Shown here: one piece after another, positions 17,150 to 26,759 of the stretch | Numbering within the stretch: the stretch's first letter is position 1 | How the letters are laid out: each line of letters begins with the position of its first letter | The notes under the pieces: generated by a model | The model's input: only the letters and a program-made list of their open reading frames with translations | What the model was told of the DNA's origin: nothing | Database searches by the model: none | NCBI GenBank assembly: GCA_016188475.1 | Contig: JACPHT010000006.1 | Span: 2,330 to 66,329, forward strand | Source of the DNA: Candidatus Uhrbacteria bacterium | GTDB lineage: Bacteria > Patescibacteriota > Patescibacteriia > UBA9934 > GWF2-40-263 | DNA length: 64,000 bases | Direction of reading: 5' to 3' | Translations under genes and position numbers: made by a program

Positions 17150-17635
17150 TTATTTTAGATTCCATTTGAGCGAGCGTTCAGGAATTCCGCCCACATTTTT
17201 TATTTTCAATTCTATAAAGAGCGGCAATGGTTTTATCTGGTCAAACGTGAGAATTCCTTTGAAATGATGTCCGCCAGGTTCAGGACCTTCCCAATTTTTC
17301 GGCTGATAAATATCGCCTTTATCATCAGATAAAGTTACGACTTGCAAAGGATCGTCATCTAAACTTCCTGAATGTGTATCAAAAGCAATTTCAAATTTCC
17401 ATTCATTCGAATCAGGCCCGAGTTCAGTAGGTGTTACTGTGATCGAAACAGGTTGTTGATCATCGGTTTTTGTTTCCCATTGATTTTGTGTTGAAGTTTG
17501 AGGCGAACTTTGAATAGATGATGTTGTTTGGTTTGTTTGTTGACTTTTGGATTGAACGTTTCCAGTGCTGTAAATTATAAAATACACTAAAATCGACACA
17601 GCAATAATTCCGAGAACACATAGTATGTATTTCAT
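17150..17635 (-). CDS. secreted protein with N-terminal TM/signal and S/T/Q-rich linker
   Basis: Signal-like N-terminus; linker QQTNQTTSSIQSSPQTSTQNQ. Confidence 0.4.
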   Translation of the reverse strand: MKYILCVLGIIAVSILVYFIIYSTGNVQSKSQQTNQTTSSIQSSPQTSTQNQWETKTDDQQPVSITVTPTELGPDSNEWKFEIAFDTHSGSLDDDPLQVVTLSDDKGDIYQPKNWEGPEPGGHHFKGILTFDQIKPLPLFIELKIKNVGGIPERSLKWNLK

Positions 17636-18063
17636 AATTTTTTAAACAGATATATACGTTTCAGCATTAAAATAATTCCAAGAAGATTAAAGAGCAATCC
17701 AACCCAGAAGAGTTCAATTTGATACTGTGTAATAAACGTAACAATTCCAGCAATGCCAAGTATCGGCAACAAATTAACCAAATAATGAGCGCAACAAGAT
17801 ATCATTGAGGCGGTTGATGTGGCGCCGGTTACACCTAAAATTTTCCCAGATCCGCGACCTGATTTCACGAGATTTTTTAGATATACATAAAGTCCGACTT
17901 GAATTCCAAATCCACCGGTGAGGCTCACGATAAAATACCAAAAATCTGAAAACTGGACTTGGGCAAAATTCCATCCGGAAACAAGTGTCAGGATGCCAAA
18001 ATATATGCCAAGTAAAATCAATCCCGCGAGCGCTCCGTAAAAAATTGGCTTTATAGACATCAC
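17632..18063 (-). CDS. integral membrane protein
   Basis: Four hydrophobic segments. Start overlaps the downstream gene by 4 nt. Confidence 0.4.
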   Translation of the reverse strand: MMSIKPIFYGALAGLILLGIYFGILTLVSGWNFAQVQFSDFWYFIVSLTGGFGIQVGLYVYLKNLVKSGRGSGKILGVTGATSTASMISCCAHYLVNLLPILGIAGIVTFITQYQIELFWVGLLFNLLGIILMLKRIYLFKKL

Positions 18064-18240
18064 ATTTCAAAATCTGACTTAGAACCCAAGAAAAATTTAT
18101 GAATGGCGCAGTTTTGGAATTTAGAAAAACCGAAAATGTATCTATAGACACATTGAGGATTTTTCTGAGTGAAAAACAAGCCAGTCATAATTTTAATGGG
18201 TTATTGAGTAAGATTTTGAAATGTGATGTCTATATCATGT

Positions 18241-18441
18241 TTATTGATTTTTATTGTCTATGTGAAACAGTTCGTGAAGTCCGCACCAACCGACAAAACT
18301 TTCAACAAGAGCAATCCATCCAACAATTAGGACGAGTAAATTACCCCATTCAGCGCCGAAGTGAGGCGCAAGAGGACTAAGCCACCAAAATGCGAGCGCG
18401 AATCTCAAAACCCTGTCAACTTTTCCTAAATTTTGTTTCAT
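18241..18441 (-). CDS. small membrane protein
   Basis: 66 aa with two hydrophobic helices. Confidence 0.3.
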   Translation of the reverse strand: MKQNLGKVDRVLRFALAFWWLSPLAPHFGAEWGNLLVLIVGWIALVESFVGWCGLHELFHIDNKNQ

Positions 18442-18456
18442 AAAATTTTGTGAAGT

Positions 18457-18729
18457 TTATTTATTAGATAATGTATATATCGCGATCAATTCTTTAATCG
18501 CCTTTTCATTGCCGATTTTGTTTTTCATTTGATGTTTGACATGAGTGCGTAAATGGTTTTCAAGCACAAACGCATCAAGGCTTTTGAGCGACCTTTGGAT
18601 TGAGAGTGACTGCGTTAATAATTCAGGACAGTACGTCTCTTTCTCAATAGCCTTAATAAGACCATCAAATTGGCCGCGAATAATTTTAGCTCTATGGATC
18701 GCTCGATTTTTTAGTTGTTGATCTAGCAT
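18457..18729 (-). CDS. CsoR/RcnR/FrmR-family metal-sensing transcriptional repressor
   Basis: 90 aa. RAKIIRGQFDGLIKAIEKETYCPELLTQ...H..H matches the DUF156 pattern, including the conserved Cys. Confidence 0.65.
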   Translation of the reverse strand: MLDQQLKNRAIHRAKIIRGQFDGLIKAIEKETYCPELLTQSLSIQRSLKSLDAFVLENHLRTHVKHQMKNKIGNEKAIKELIAIYTLSNK

Positions 18730-18783
18730 GTCATTATTATATACCCCTATATCCTATTTAAGAAAGTATTGTGTGGATAACTA

Positions 18784-19482
18784 TCAGATATGTTTGATCT
18801 TCCGCCAAGTTAGATGTTCATAAATACCGGACCACAAAAATCCAAAACTTAATGCGAACAGAAGTTCTTCAAGCGGAATGCCTAAAATAATTATTCCGGA
18901 AATTGCTTTTAAATTCCAAACTTGCTCAACATATCCGGGATACAAAGCAACTAAAGTTAAAAAGTAAACGAAATATAAAAATAAAAAAATAAATGCGCTC
19001 GTGAGCATTTTCTTTTTAAGATCAGGACGGCAATACCACGCAAACAAACCGCCTACGATCATTGCAATAATCGCGGAGTAAATTGGGTTTAATTTTGTTG
19101 TTGCTAGTAAAATAAAAAATGCAATTGGCGCGGAAATGATTGTAAGGAAATGATAACGGTGGTGTTGGTTATGCTGTTCTTCAGAGCTCATTGAACTGTG
19201 CTTTACGTTATAAAATTGTTCATAAATAACAACCGCGAGTCCTCCGATACCAAATGAAAAAATAAAACTTTCAATATCGAATCCTGTATTGATCGCCAAA
19301 TTGAATAAAGATGGTGGCAACCAATATTCGGGAACAAAAAAAGGCTCGGTTATTCCCAAAAGAGAAGTCCAAAAACTGACAATAAGCATTTCGCGTCTTT
19401 TATCTTTACTATTAAGTCTTATGTAAACAATAAGCCAAATTGATATCAATATCAAACTCCAAATTAACCAGGCATAATGCAT
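18784..19482 (-). CDS. integral membrane protein (His-rich loop HNQHHRYH)
   Basis: Multi-TM protein adjacent to the CsoR-like gene. Confidence 0.4.
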   Translation of the reverse strand: MHYAWLIWSLILISIWLIVYIRLNSKDKRREMLIVSFWTSLLGITEPFFVPEYWLPPSLFNLAINTGFDIESFIFSFGIGGLAVVIYEQFYNVKHSSMSSEEQHNQHHRYHFLTIISAPIAFFILLATTKLNPIYSAIIAMIVGGLFAWYCRPDLKKKMLTSAFIFLFLYFVYFLTLVALYPGYVEQVWNLKAISGIIILGIPLEELLFALSFGFLWSGIYEHLTWRKIKHI

Positions 19483-19587
19483 ATTAAAATAATACTACCA
19501 CAAAAAGCGAATCAAAGCAGTTAACTTGCCTTGGATAGCAACGAATTTTTGAAAAGAGCGATATATTAGCGTATTATTTTTAGCTAT

Positions 19588-20793
19588 ATGAATCATTCAA
19601 ATACTATTAAAGCATGGTTTTCTAATTTTGCGGCCGGATTGATCGGAGCCACAGTTATTTTATTATTCATTATTTCCGGTGGACTTAATGTTCTTAAAGA
19701 TCAAGGTTGGATTAAACCAACAAAACAAATCGAGCAAGCTGTAAACGTCGTTGCGATGGATGTAAGCGACGTTGTTGAGCGAATAAATCCTGCTGTTGTT
19801 TCGATAGTTGCAACAAAAGACGTTCCTGTTCTTGAACAGTACTTTGAAGACCCATTTTCAGATATGTTTGGTGGAAATTCTCCGTTCACTTTTCGCATTC
19901 CGAAATATCGCCAGAACGGAACACAAGAAAAAGAAGTCGGTGGCGGGTCTGGATTTTTTATTTCATCAGACGGATATATCGCAACAAACGCGCATGTCGT
20001 GAGCGATGAACAAGCGCAGTACACTGTTTTTACAAACGACGAAACAAAATATGAAGCAAAGGTTGTTGCCATTGATGATGTTTTAGATATTGCGCTTCTC
20101 AAAATTGATGCTAAAGACGTTGCGTTTCTCGAGTTTGGTGATTCGGACAAATTGCGTTTAGGACAAGCCGTTATCGCAATTGGCAACGCGCTTGGAGAGT
20201 TCAGAAACACAGTCTCAACCGGAGTTGTTTCTGGTTTGGCTCGTTCGATCGTGGCTGGAGGCAATACTGGAACGGCTGAAACGCTTGAAAACGTAATTCA
20301 AACTGACGCGGCTATCAATCCGGGAAATTCCGGAGGGCCTCTTCTTGATCTTTCAGGGAAAGTCGTTGGTGTGAACGTGGCTGTTGCGAGCAATTCTGAA
20401 AACATTGGTTTTGCTTTGCCTGCAAACGCTGTGAAAGAATCTGTCACATCAATGAAAGAGAATGGAAAAGTCATTCGACCATATTTAGGTGTTAGGTATA
20501 TGTTGATAAATGATGTGATTCAAAAACGTAACAATTTAAGCGTTGATTATGGCGCGCTTGTCGTTCGCGGAGAGCAAAAAACAGATGTCGCAGTTATTCC
20601 TGGATCTCCGGCTGACAAAGCAGGACTTGAGGAATACGACATAATTTTGGAAGTTGACGGAGTAAAAGTGGATGCCAAACACTCACTCCCATCGCTCATT
20701 CGAAAGAAAAAAGTTGGAGACACAATCAAACTGAAGATTTTACATGATGGGGAAGAGAAGAGTATTGACGTAAAACTTGAGCAAACGCCATAG
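19588..20793 (+). CDS. htrA: HtrA/DegP-family serine protease with PDZ domain
   Basis: Catalytic triad context (TNAHV; DIALLKI; GNSGGPL), a C-terminal PDZ domain, and an N-terminal TM segment. Confidence 0.85.
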   Translation: MNHSNTIKAWFSNFAAGLIGATVILLFIISGGLNVLKDQGWIKPTKQIEQAVNVVAMDVSDVVERINPAVVSIVATKDVPVLEQYFEDPFSDMFGGNSPFTFRIPKYRQNGTQEKEVGGGSGFFISSDGYIATNAHVVSDEQAQYTVFTNDETKYEAKVVAIDDVLDIALLKIDAKDVAFLEFGDSDKLRLGQAVIAIGNALGEFRNTVSTGVVSGLARSIVAGGNTGTAETLENVIQTDAAINPGNSGGPLLDLSGKVVGVNVAVASNSENIGFALPANAVKESVTSMKENGKVIRPYLGVRYMLINDVIQKRNNLSVDYGALVVRGEQKTDVAVIPGSPADKAGLEEYDIILEVDGVKVDAKHSLPSLIRKKKVGDTIKLKILHDGEEKSIDVKLEQTP

Positions 20794-20859
20794 GTTGAAA
20801 ACAGTCATCAAATGATGACTGTTTTTTCTAGGTATGTTATTATATGTCTAGAAAGATAT

Positions 20860-21249
20860 ATGGCAAAGAAAAAGAATAATGCGAGCAGGATCTTAATTGT
20901 TGAAGATGACGCGCTGTTGTTAAGTGTGCTCTCCAACACATTTAAGAAAGCTGGTTTTGAAATTGCGACAGTTGAAAATGGCCTTGAAGTCGAAGAAGCT
21001 GTAAAAAAAATCTCGCCGAATTTGATTTTACTTGATTTGATTATTCCTGGAATAGACGGATTTGAAGTTTTGAAACGACTAAAAGCCAGCGACACATCAA
21101 AAGAAATTCCTGTTATTATACTTTCTAATCTTGAAGATGTCGGAGACGTGAAATCAGGGCGGGCTCTCGGCGCTGATGAATATTTTATCAAGGCAAATAT
21201 CGAAGTTGAGAAAATTGTCGATTATGTAAAAAAGAAAATTGAAGTATAA
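20860..21249 (+). CDS. response-regulator receiver-only protein (CheY-like)
   Basis: ILIVEDD...LILLDLIIPGIDG...K. Start set at MAKKK. Confidence 0.75.
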   Translation: MAKKKNNASRILIVEDDALLLSVLSNTFKKAGFEIATVENGLEVEEAVKKISPNLILLDLIIPGIDGFEVLKRLKASDTSKEIPVIILSNLEDVGDVKSGRALGADEYFIKANIEVEKIVDYVKKKIEV

Positions 21250-21250
21250 T

Positions 21251-21634
21251 ATGCCAGCAAACAAGAACAAGATGATTCTTATAGTTGAAGACGATGAAAT
21301 AATGCTTCGCGCGATGTACCTTTCATTTCATAGAGAAAATATTTCAATCTCAACAGCGACAGACGGCGAACAAGCTTTGAAAATGACAGAAAGGCTTAAA
21401 CCTGATTTGGTTCTTTTGGATTTGATAATGCCAAAAATGGACGGATTTGAATACCTGAAAAACATGAAAGCTAATTCTGCAATATCAAAAATCCCAGTTG
21501 TTGTTCTCTCAAATCTTGGAGACAACGACAGTATTGAAAAAGCAAAAGAGTTAGGAGCCGAAGATTACTTTGTAAAATCAGATACGAATTTGTCTGATCT
21601 TGTGGCAAAAACTCGAAAATTACTTAACAATTAA
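21251..21634 (+). CDS. response-regulator receiver-only protein (CheY-like), tandem paralogue
   Basis: ILIVEDDEIM...LVLLDLIMPKMDG...K. Confidence 0.75.
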   Translation: MPANKNKMILIVEDDEIMLRAMYLSFHRENISISTATDGEQALKMTERLKPDLVLLDLIMPKMDGFEYLKNMKANSAISKIPVVVLSNLGDNDSIEKAKELGAEDYFVKSDTNLSDLVAKTRKLLNN

Positions 21635-21645
21635 TTTTTTCAAAT

Positions 21646-22473
21646 GTGAAATATGCTTGGCTCAACCTTATACTGCAACTGACGAATCGGATTTATCAAA
21701 GGAAGCAAAAGGTGGTTGAACAAGAAGGCTTTTTGGCGGTAACAAATGTCTTCTCGCTGATACTTTTAGAAACAATTTTGGCAATAGTATCACTGCCATT
21801 GTATTTGAATTTAAGACCGGAAAAAGTTGCTGCTTTTCTTGAGGAAAAAGGCGGATATGAGAAAATTACTTTTGATTATAATCTTCGTCGCATTTTGACT
21901 TTAACAGGTGTCGGCATCATTTTGTTTATCTGGATTATAAAATTACTGCTCATAATTCTTGTTCCGGTTGTTTTCGGTCCGTTGAAGCTGTATAGCATTT
22001 CAGATCTTCGACCACCTGACTTGATGGCAGTCAACACTGATTTAATCAAAGCCGAAACAGATATTCAAACCGCAAGGACAACTTCAAGTTTGACTGTTCC
22101 TGAATTAAAGGAAGTTAAAAAGAGCCAAGGCAAAAATTTCATTTTTTACGGAGTCGGTCAGCCAAATTCAACAGTCGTTCTTTTGTTGTCGGATCTGCAA
22201 ACAGCAGTGTACACAGGCGAAGTTGGGAGTGACGGCTTTTGGAAAATAGATCACAGCCAAAAGGATTTCAAATTGAATGAGGGTAATCATTCTGTCTTAG
22301 CGTTTACTTTTGATGAAAGCTCAAAAACCAGAAGTCAGTTTTCTAACGAACAATATTTTAAGGTCAGAACATCTTTTCTTGATATTGTAATAAGAGAAGT
22401 TGATGTTTTGGCCAACTGGTCTGTTGTTGTAATTCTGTTTGTTGGAATGTTTTTGGTCTTTTTGACAGTTTAA
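21646..22473 (+). CDS. membrane-anchored secreted protein; N-terminal anchor is paralogous to that of the giant gene
   Basis: N-terminal LETILAIVSLPLYLNLRPEK resembles VEMIFTVVSLPLFFIVSPKK of the next gene. Confidence 0.4.
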   Translation: MKYAWLNLILQLTNRIYQRKQKVVEQEGFLAVTNVFSLILLETILAIVSLPLYLNLRPEKVAAFLEEKGGYEKITFDYNLRRILTLTGVGIILFIWIIKLLLIILVPVVFGPLKLYSISDLRPPDLMAVNTDLIKAETDIQTARTTSSLTVPELKEVKKSQGKNFIFYGVGQPNSTVVLLLSDLQTAVYTGEVGSDGFWKIDHSQKDFKLNEGNHSVLAFTFDESSKTRSQFSNEQYFKVRTSFLDIVIREVDVLANWSVVVILFVGMFLVFLTV

Positions 22474-22477
22474 AAAT

Positions 22478-24850
22478 ATGATTGAACGTTTTTCAATTAT
22501 TTTTCTCAGATTTTCAGGAATTATTTTTAATCTCAAAGGCCGATTGATTCAAGCTGAAGGCTGGCATAGAGCTCTTCCGATTGCCGTTGAGTTGATCGTC
22601 GTCGAAATGATTTTTACCGTTGTATCTTTGCCATTATTTTTTATTGTTTCACCAAAGAAAATACAGGAATCCGGTTTCATTTTTCCGTCAAAAGAAAAAG
22701 AGCATTTTCATAATTTTTCTGTAAGAAGAAAAATTACGCTAACAACAACTTTTGGCGCGGCCTTGATCTACGCGATTAAGATTATTTTTGTTGGCATCGT
22801 GTCTTTATATTTATTCGGCGCGACCCCGCTTCTTGCCGCAATTCAAAACTGGGATTTTAGCACAGCAGGCGATTACACTTATGATTCATCAAAAATTGAA
22901 GTGACAGGTGGAGTGGCACAACTTAAAAATTTAGGCTCAACAACCAGCGGGGCAACAACAAATCCTTCGTTTGATTCTAATTCAACAGGTTGGACATATG
23001 CTGATTGGGATCAAGGTGGTGGCGAAGTAGATGTTAAGGGAGATCGTCAGACCACAGGAGGAAATCCTAACGGATGGTTAAGAATCAATGTTCCTTCAGG
23101 ATCTGATGATGAATTGGGGGGATATTGGCGTCAATCTTTTATAACGACTGTTGCTGATCCGACAACGACAGTGAGTTTTGATTGGAAAGTTACGGCGTTT
23201 GATTCGTCTCCAGGGCCAATTACGTTCAAACTTTTTGCGTTTGTTGATACTGGTTCAGGTGTTCCTGTTATAGGAAATGAGGTTTGGACGTCTGGTGAAA
23301 TAACCGGAACAAGCGGGTGGGCTTCTGTGAGCAATCTCGATGTGTCGTCAAAGGTTACAGCCGCTGGAACGTACTATCTGAAGATTGCCACTTGGGTTGA
23401 AACTCCAGGGTCTGCTACTGGTCCGTTTACTTTGGGTTATGACAATGTTCAATTGAATTGGACAAAAACAACAGTAAGTTACGATACAAGCAATCCAACA
23501 ATCACTCCGAACAGTTCTCTTACGATGTCAAAAACAATAAGTTGGAACGGGTTTACTGAAACTGCGACAAAAAATGGAGGGGAAATTTATTATCAACTTT
23601 CTGATGACGATGGTTCTACTTGGAAATATTGGAATGGCTCTATTTGGACAACAGCAGGCGCTACCAACTACAACATTGCAACAGAAGTTAATACAAACAT
23701 CGGCACATTCCCTACAACCAACAACAAAATAAAGTGGAAAGCATTTTTATCAAGCAGTGGAACTCAACAAGTGATTTTAGATAATATCGCGATCGATTAC
23801 ACTGAAAACAGTTTGCCAGTAATTAACAACTTGTCTGCAAGTCAAGGAACAAGCACGGGCCGCGTTTATATCACTTATGATTTGCAGGACAACGATAGCG
23901 ATCCGGAAAGTTTAACAGCATATGAATACTCTTTGACAGGCGCTTTTTCTGGAGAGCAAGTTACAATGACAGCCGCAACAGGAGATGGGTTGCATAGCGG
24001 TGTGACTGGTCTGACATCGTCTCCAGTTGGAATTTCACACACTTTTGTTTGGGACGCATTTTCACAACTCGGAGCAGTTTATAATACAACTGTTTATGTT
24101 CGTTTGCGTGCAAATGACGGGGTTGGAAACGGAGCTTACGCAACTTCAACTGCGTTTACGGTCGATTATGTAAATCCTGTTGTGTCAAACGTTGTTGCGT
24201 TGCAGACTGCTGGTTCAACAAATGTTCAGATCACTTATGATTTAACTGACAATACATCAGACAATCTGCTTGTTGAAATTTATATTTCAGATGATGGCGG
24301 CGCAACTTGGGCTGTAACAGACACGTCTGTTTCAGGAAGTGTTGGGTCAAGTCAAACAACTGGAGTTGGGAAAACAATCACATGGAATGCCGGAGTTGAT
24401 TTTGATGAACAAAATCAAGCTGACATTCAAGTTAGAGTTCGCGCGAAAGACAAGTGGCAAAATCAGGGGAACAATGTAGCCTCAGCAAATTTTTCGCTTG
24501 ATACTTTGAATCCAGTTGTTCTCACAACTTCCAATCTCCAATCTCAACCAAACGCAGGAGACACAACTGTTTTGATTGGAGGGTCGTTTACTGAAACAAA
24601 TCCAAACACCAATGATTTTTATGTTGCAATAAACGGCGGAGCTTATGGTTTGGCAACTTCAGGAACTACAAACACATCTTCACCTTCAAACCAAGCAACT
24701 TCTGTCGGCTCAACACTTGACGGAAACGATTACATTTCAAAAGTTAAAATCACTCACACTGATGATTATGGTCAAACAGTTGATAATGAAAACTTTGTCA
24801 TCGCCTGTAACAACTGTTTTGGATTTGACAATAAATCCAAATGTGAGTGA
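22478..24850 (+). CDS. giant cell-surface protein, fragment 1 (N-terminal anchor plus Ig/FN3-like repeats); the frame is lost near 24794
   Basis: Tandem ~95-aa domains ending ...TITWNAGVDFD..Q.D..VRVRA.D...NQG...S.F..DT..P. The C-terminal 20 aa are out of frame; a +1 T in a T3 run at 24794-24796 explains this. Confidence 0.6.
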   Translation: MIERFSIIFLRFSGIIFNLKGRLIQAEGWHRALPIAVELIVVEMIFTVVSLPLFFIVSPKKIQESGFIFPSKEKEHFHNFSVRRKITLTTTFGAALIYAIKIIFVGIVSLYLFGATPLLAAIQNWDFSTAGDYTYDSSKIEVTGGVAQLKNLGSTTSGATTNPSFDSNSTGWTYADWDQGGGEVDVKGDRQTTGGNPNGWLRINVPSGSDDELGGYWRQSFITTVADPTTTVSFDWKVTAFDSSPGPITFKLFAFVDTGSGVPVIGNEVWTSGEITGTSGWASVSNLDVSSKVTAAGTYYLKIATWVETPGSATGPFTLGYDNVQLNWTKTTVSYDTSNPTITPNSSLTMSKTISWNGFTETATKNGGEIYYQLSDDDGSTWKYWNGSIWTTAGATNYNIATEVNTNIGTFPTTNNKIKWKAFLSSSGTQQVILDNIAIDYTENSLPVINNLSASQGTSTGRVYITYDLQDNDSDPESLTAYEYSLTGAFSGEQVTMTAATGDGLHSGVTGLTSSPVGISHTFVWDAFSQLGAVYNTTVYVRLRANDGVGNGAYATSTAFTVDYVNPVVSNVVALQTAGSTNVQITYDLTDNTSDNLLVEIYISDDGGATWAVTDTSVSGSVGSSQTTGVGKTITWNAGVDFDEQNQADIQVRVRAKDKWQNQGNNVASANFSLDTLNPVVLTTSNLQSQPNAGDTTVLIGGSFTETNPNTNDFYVAINGGAYGLATSGTTNTSSPSNQATSVGSTLDGNDYISKVKITHTDDYGQTVDNENFVIACNNCFGFDNKSKCE

Positions 24851-25001
24851 AGCATCGGACGTTGAATATGCTATTGCATAAACATCGACCAATCAGTTTG
24901 TTCAAGCAAACGGAACGCTTGGAGCAAGCGCTGTTTGGGAAGTTATTGGAACATCAAGCGGACAATGGGGAAACAACACTGGAATATCTGGAAAAGTTCA
25001 T

Positions 25002-26759
25002 GTGAGCGGACTTACTTCTCCTGTTGCAAATTATATTTTCAAAGTTAAATCGAGAAATCCGAGCGACGCGGCGCACGCTGTTTCATCTGAATCTGCATAT
25101 TCCGCAACAGCACAAATTACAAATACTGCTCCGTCAATTTCACTTGGCTCAATTGCGCAAACTACCGATGGCACTGATTATGTAACAATAAATTATACTG
25201 GAACTGATGGGCAAGGTGACGTAAATAGTTTGACCGTTTTTGAATATTCTATAGACAACTCAACGTGGAGCACAATGACAGAAAAAACAGGAGTCGGATC
25301 GGACGGAACTTCGAATTTGGTGTTCTTGCCAAGCGGAAGCGCGCATGACTTCATGTGGGATGTCGGGACAGATCTGCCTAGTGTTGAAGATTCTACAGTG
25401 TATATTCGACTTCGTTCTTCAGACACATTAACGACGAGCACTTTGGTAACTTCATCGGCTTTTGAGATAGACACTGTTTTGCCTGTTGTTTCAAGTGTTT
25501 CAGCTTCACAAAATTTAGGCGCCCGCACTGTTGTATTCACATACACGCTCACTGACGCGAACAGCTCTTTGGTTGAATTGGATATATCAGAAGACGGAGG
25601 TTCAACTTGGAACGTAACAGACACATCAGTATCAGGTCATGTTGGTTCAGGAGTGACGCCTGGAAGCAAAACAATAACGTGGAATGCTGGAGCTGATTTT
25701 GATAATCAATACCAAACAGACTTGCAGGTTCGAATACGCGCGAAAGATACTTTTGGAAATCAAGGCACGAACACGTCATCATCAAATTTTACAGTTGATA
25801 CAAACGACCCTTCTGTTACAAATGTTAGTGCTGTTCAAGACAGCATGCTCGATACGTTTACATTTCATTACGACGTGAGTGAAGATGTTGGAAACGTCGC
25901 AATCGGACTTGAAATTTCAAGCAACGGAGGAACAACTTGGACAATACCAACAACAACAGTTACGGGTGATACTGGATCTGGAATTGCTCCTGGAGCAAAC
26001 AAAACAATAACTTGGAATGCGGCTGTGGATTACAACAGTCAGGAAAAAACAAACATGAAAATTCGCGTGACAGCAACGGATGGATTTAGCAATACTTCAA
26101 ACGCGAGCTCTGCAAATTTTTCACTTGACACACTTGCACCTCGTGTAACAAATGTCGGAGCATCGCAAACTCTCGGAACAACAAACATTTCAATCACATA
26201 CACTCTTGCTGATCAAAATGTGTCGCTCGTTGAAATTGATATTTCAGATGATGGCGGAGCGACTTGGGCAGTGACAGATACAAGCGTTACTGGAGATGTT
26301 GGAACTGGAGTTTCTTCAGGGAGCAAAACAATCACATGGAATGCCGGAGTTGATTTTGATGAACAAAATCAAGCTGACATTCAAGTTAGAGTTCGCGCGA
26401 AAGATGTCTATGAGCATCAAAGCGCAAATGTTGCTTCTTCAAATTTTTCGCTTGATACTTTGAATCCAGTTGTTCTTACAACTTCCAATCTCCAATCTCA
26501 ACCAAACGCCGGAGACACAACTGTTTTGATTGGAGGTTCGTTCACTGAAACAAATCCAAACACTAATGATTTTTATGTTGCGATAAACGGAGGAGCTTAT
26601 GGTTCGGCAACTTCAGGAACTACAAACACATCTTCACCTTCAAACCAAGCAACTTCTGTCGGCTCAACACTTGACGGAAACGATTACATTTCAAAAGTTA
26701 AAATCACTCACACTGATGATTATGGTCAAACAGTTGATAATGAAAAATGTGACAGTTAA
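25002..26759 (+). CDS. giant cell-surface protein, fragment 2
   Basis: Same repeat architecture. Upstream, the same frame is open from about 24795 to the TAA at 24879-24881, where the paralogous repeats have GAA. A +1 A in the A5 run at 26743-26747 then shifts the frame. Confidence 0.55.
   Translation: MSGLTSPVANYIFKVKSRNPSDAAHAVSSESAYSATAQITNTAPSISLGSIAQTTDGTDYVTINYTGTDGQGDVNSLTVFEYSIDNSTWSTMTEKTGVGSDGTSNLVFLPSGSAHDFMWDVGTDLPSVEDSTVYIRLRSSDTLTTSTLVTSSAFEIDTVLPVVSSVSASQNLGARTVVFTYTLTDANSSLVELDISEDGGSTWNVTDTSVSGHVGSGVTPGSKTITWNAGADFDNQYQTDLQVRIRAKDTFGNQGTNTSSSNFTVDTNDPSVTNVSAVQDSMLDTFTFHYDVSEDVGNVAIGLEISSNGGTTWTIPTTTVTGDTGSGIAPGANKTITWNAAVDYNSQEKTNMKIRVTATDGFSNTSNASSANFSLDTLAPRVTNVGASQTLGTTNISITYTLADQNVSLVEIDISDDGGATWAVTDTSVTGDVGTGVSSGSKTITWNAGVDFDEQNQADIQVRVRAKDVYEHQSANVASSNFSLDTLNPVVLTTSNLQSQPNAGDTTVLIGGSFTETNPNTNDFYVAINGGAYGSATSGTTNTSSPSNQATSVGSTLDGNDYISKVKITHTDDYGQTVDNEKCDS

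Noticed and set aside
24645-24881. 78-aa ORF as an independent gene
   Set aside because: Its N-terminal part is the out-of-frame overlap of fragment 1. It is best explained as continuation of the giant gene after a +1 frameshift, ending at an in-frame TAA.
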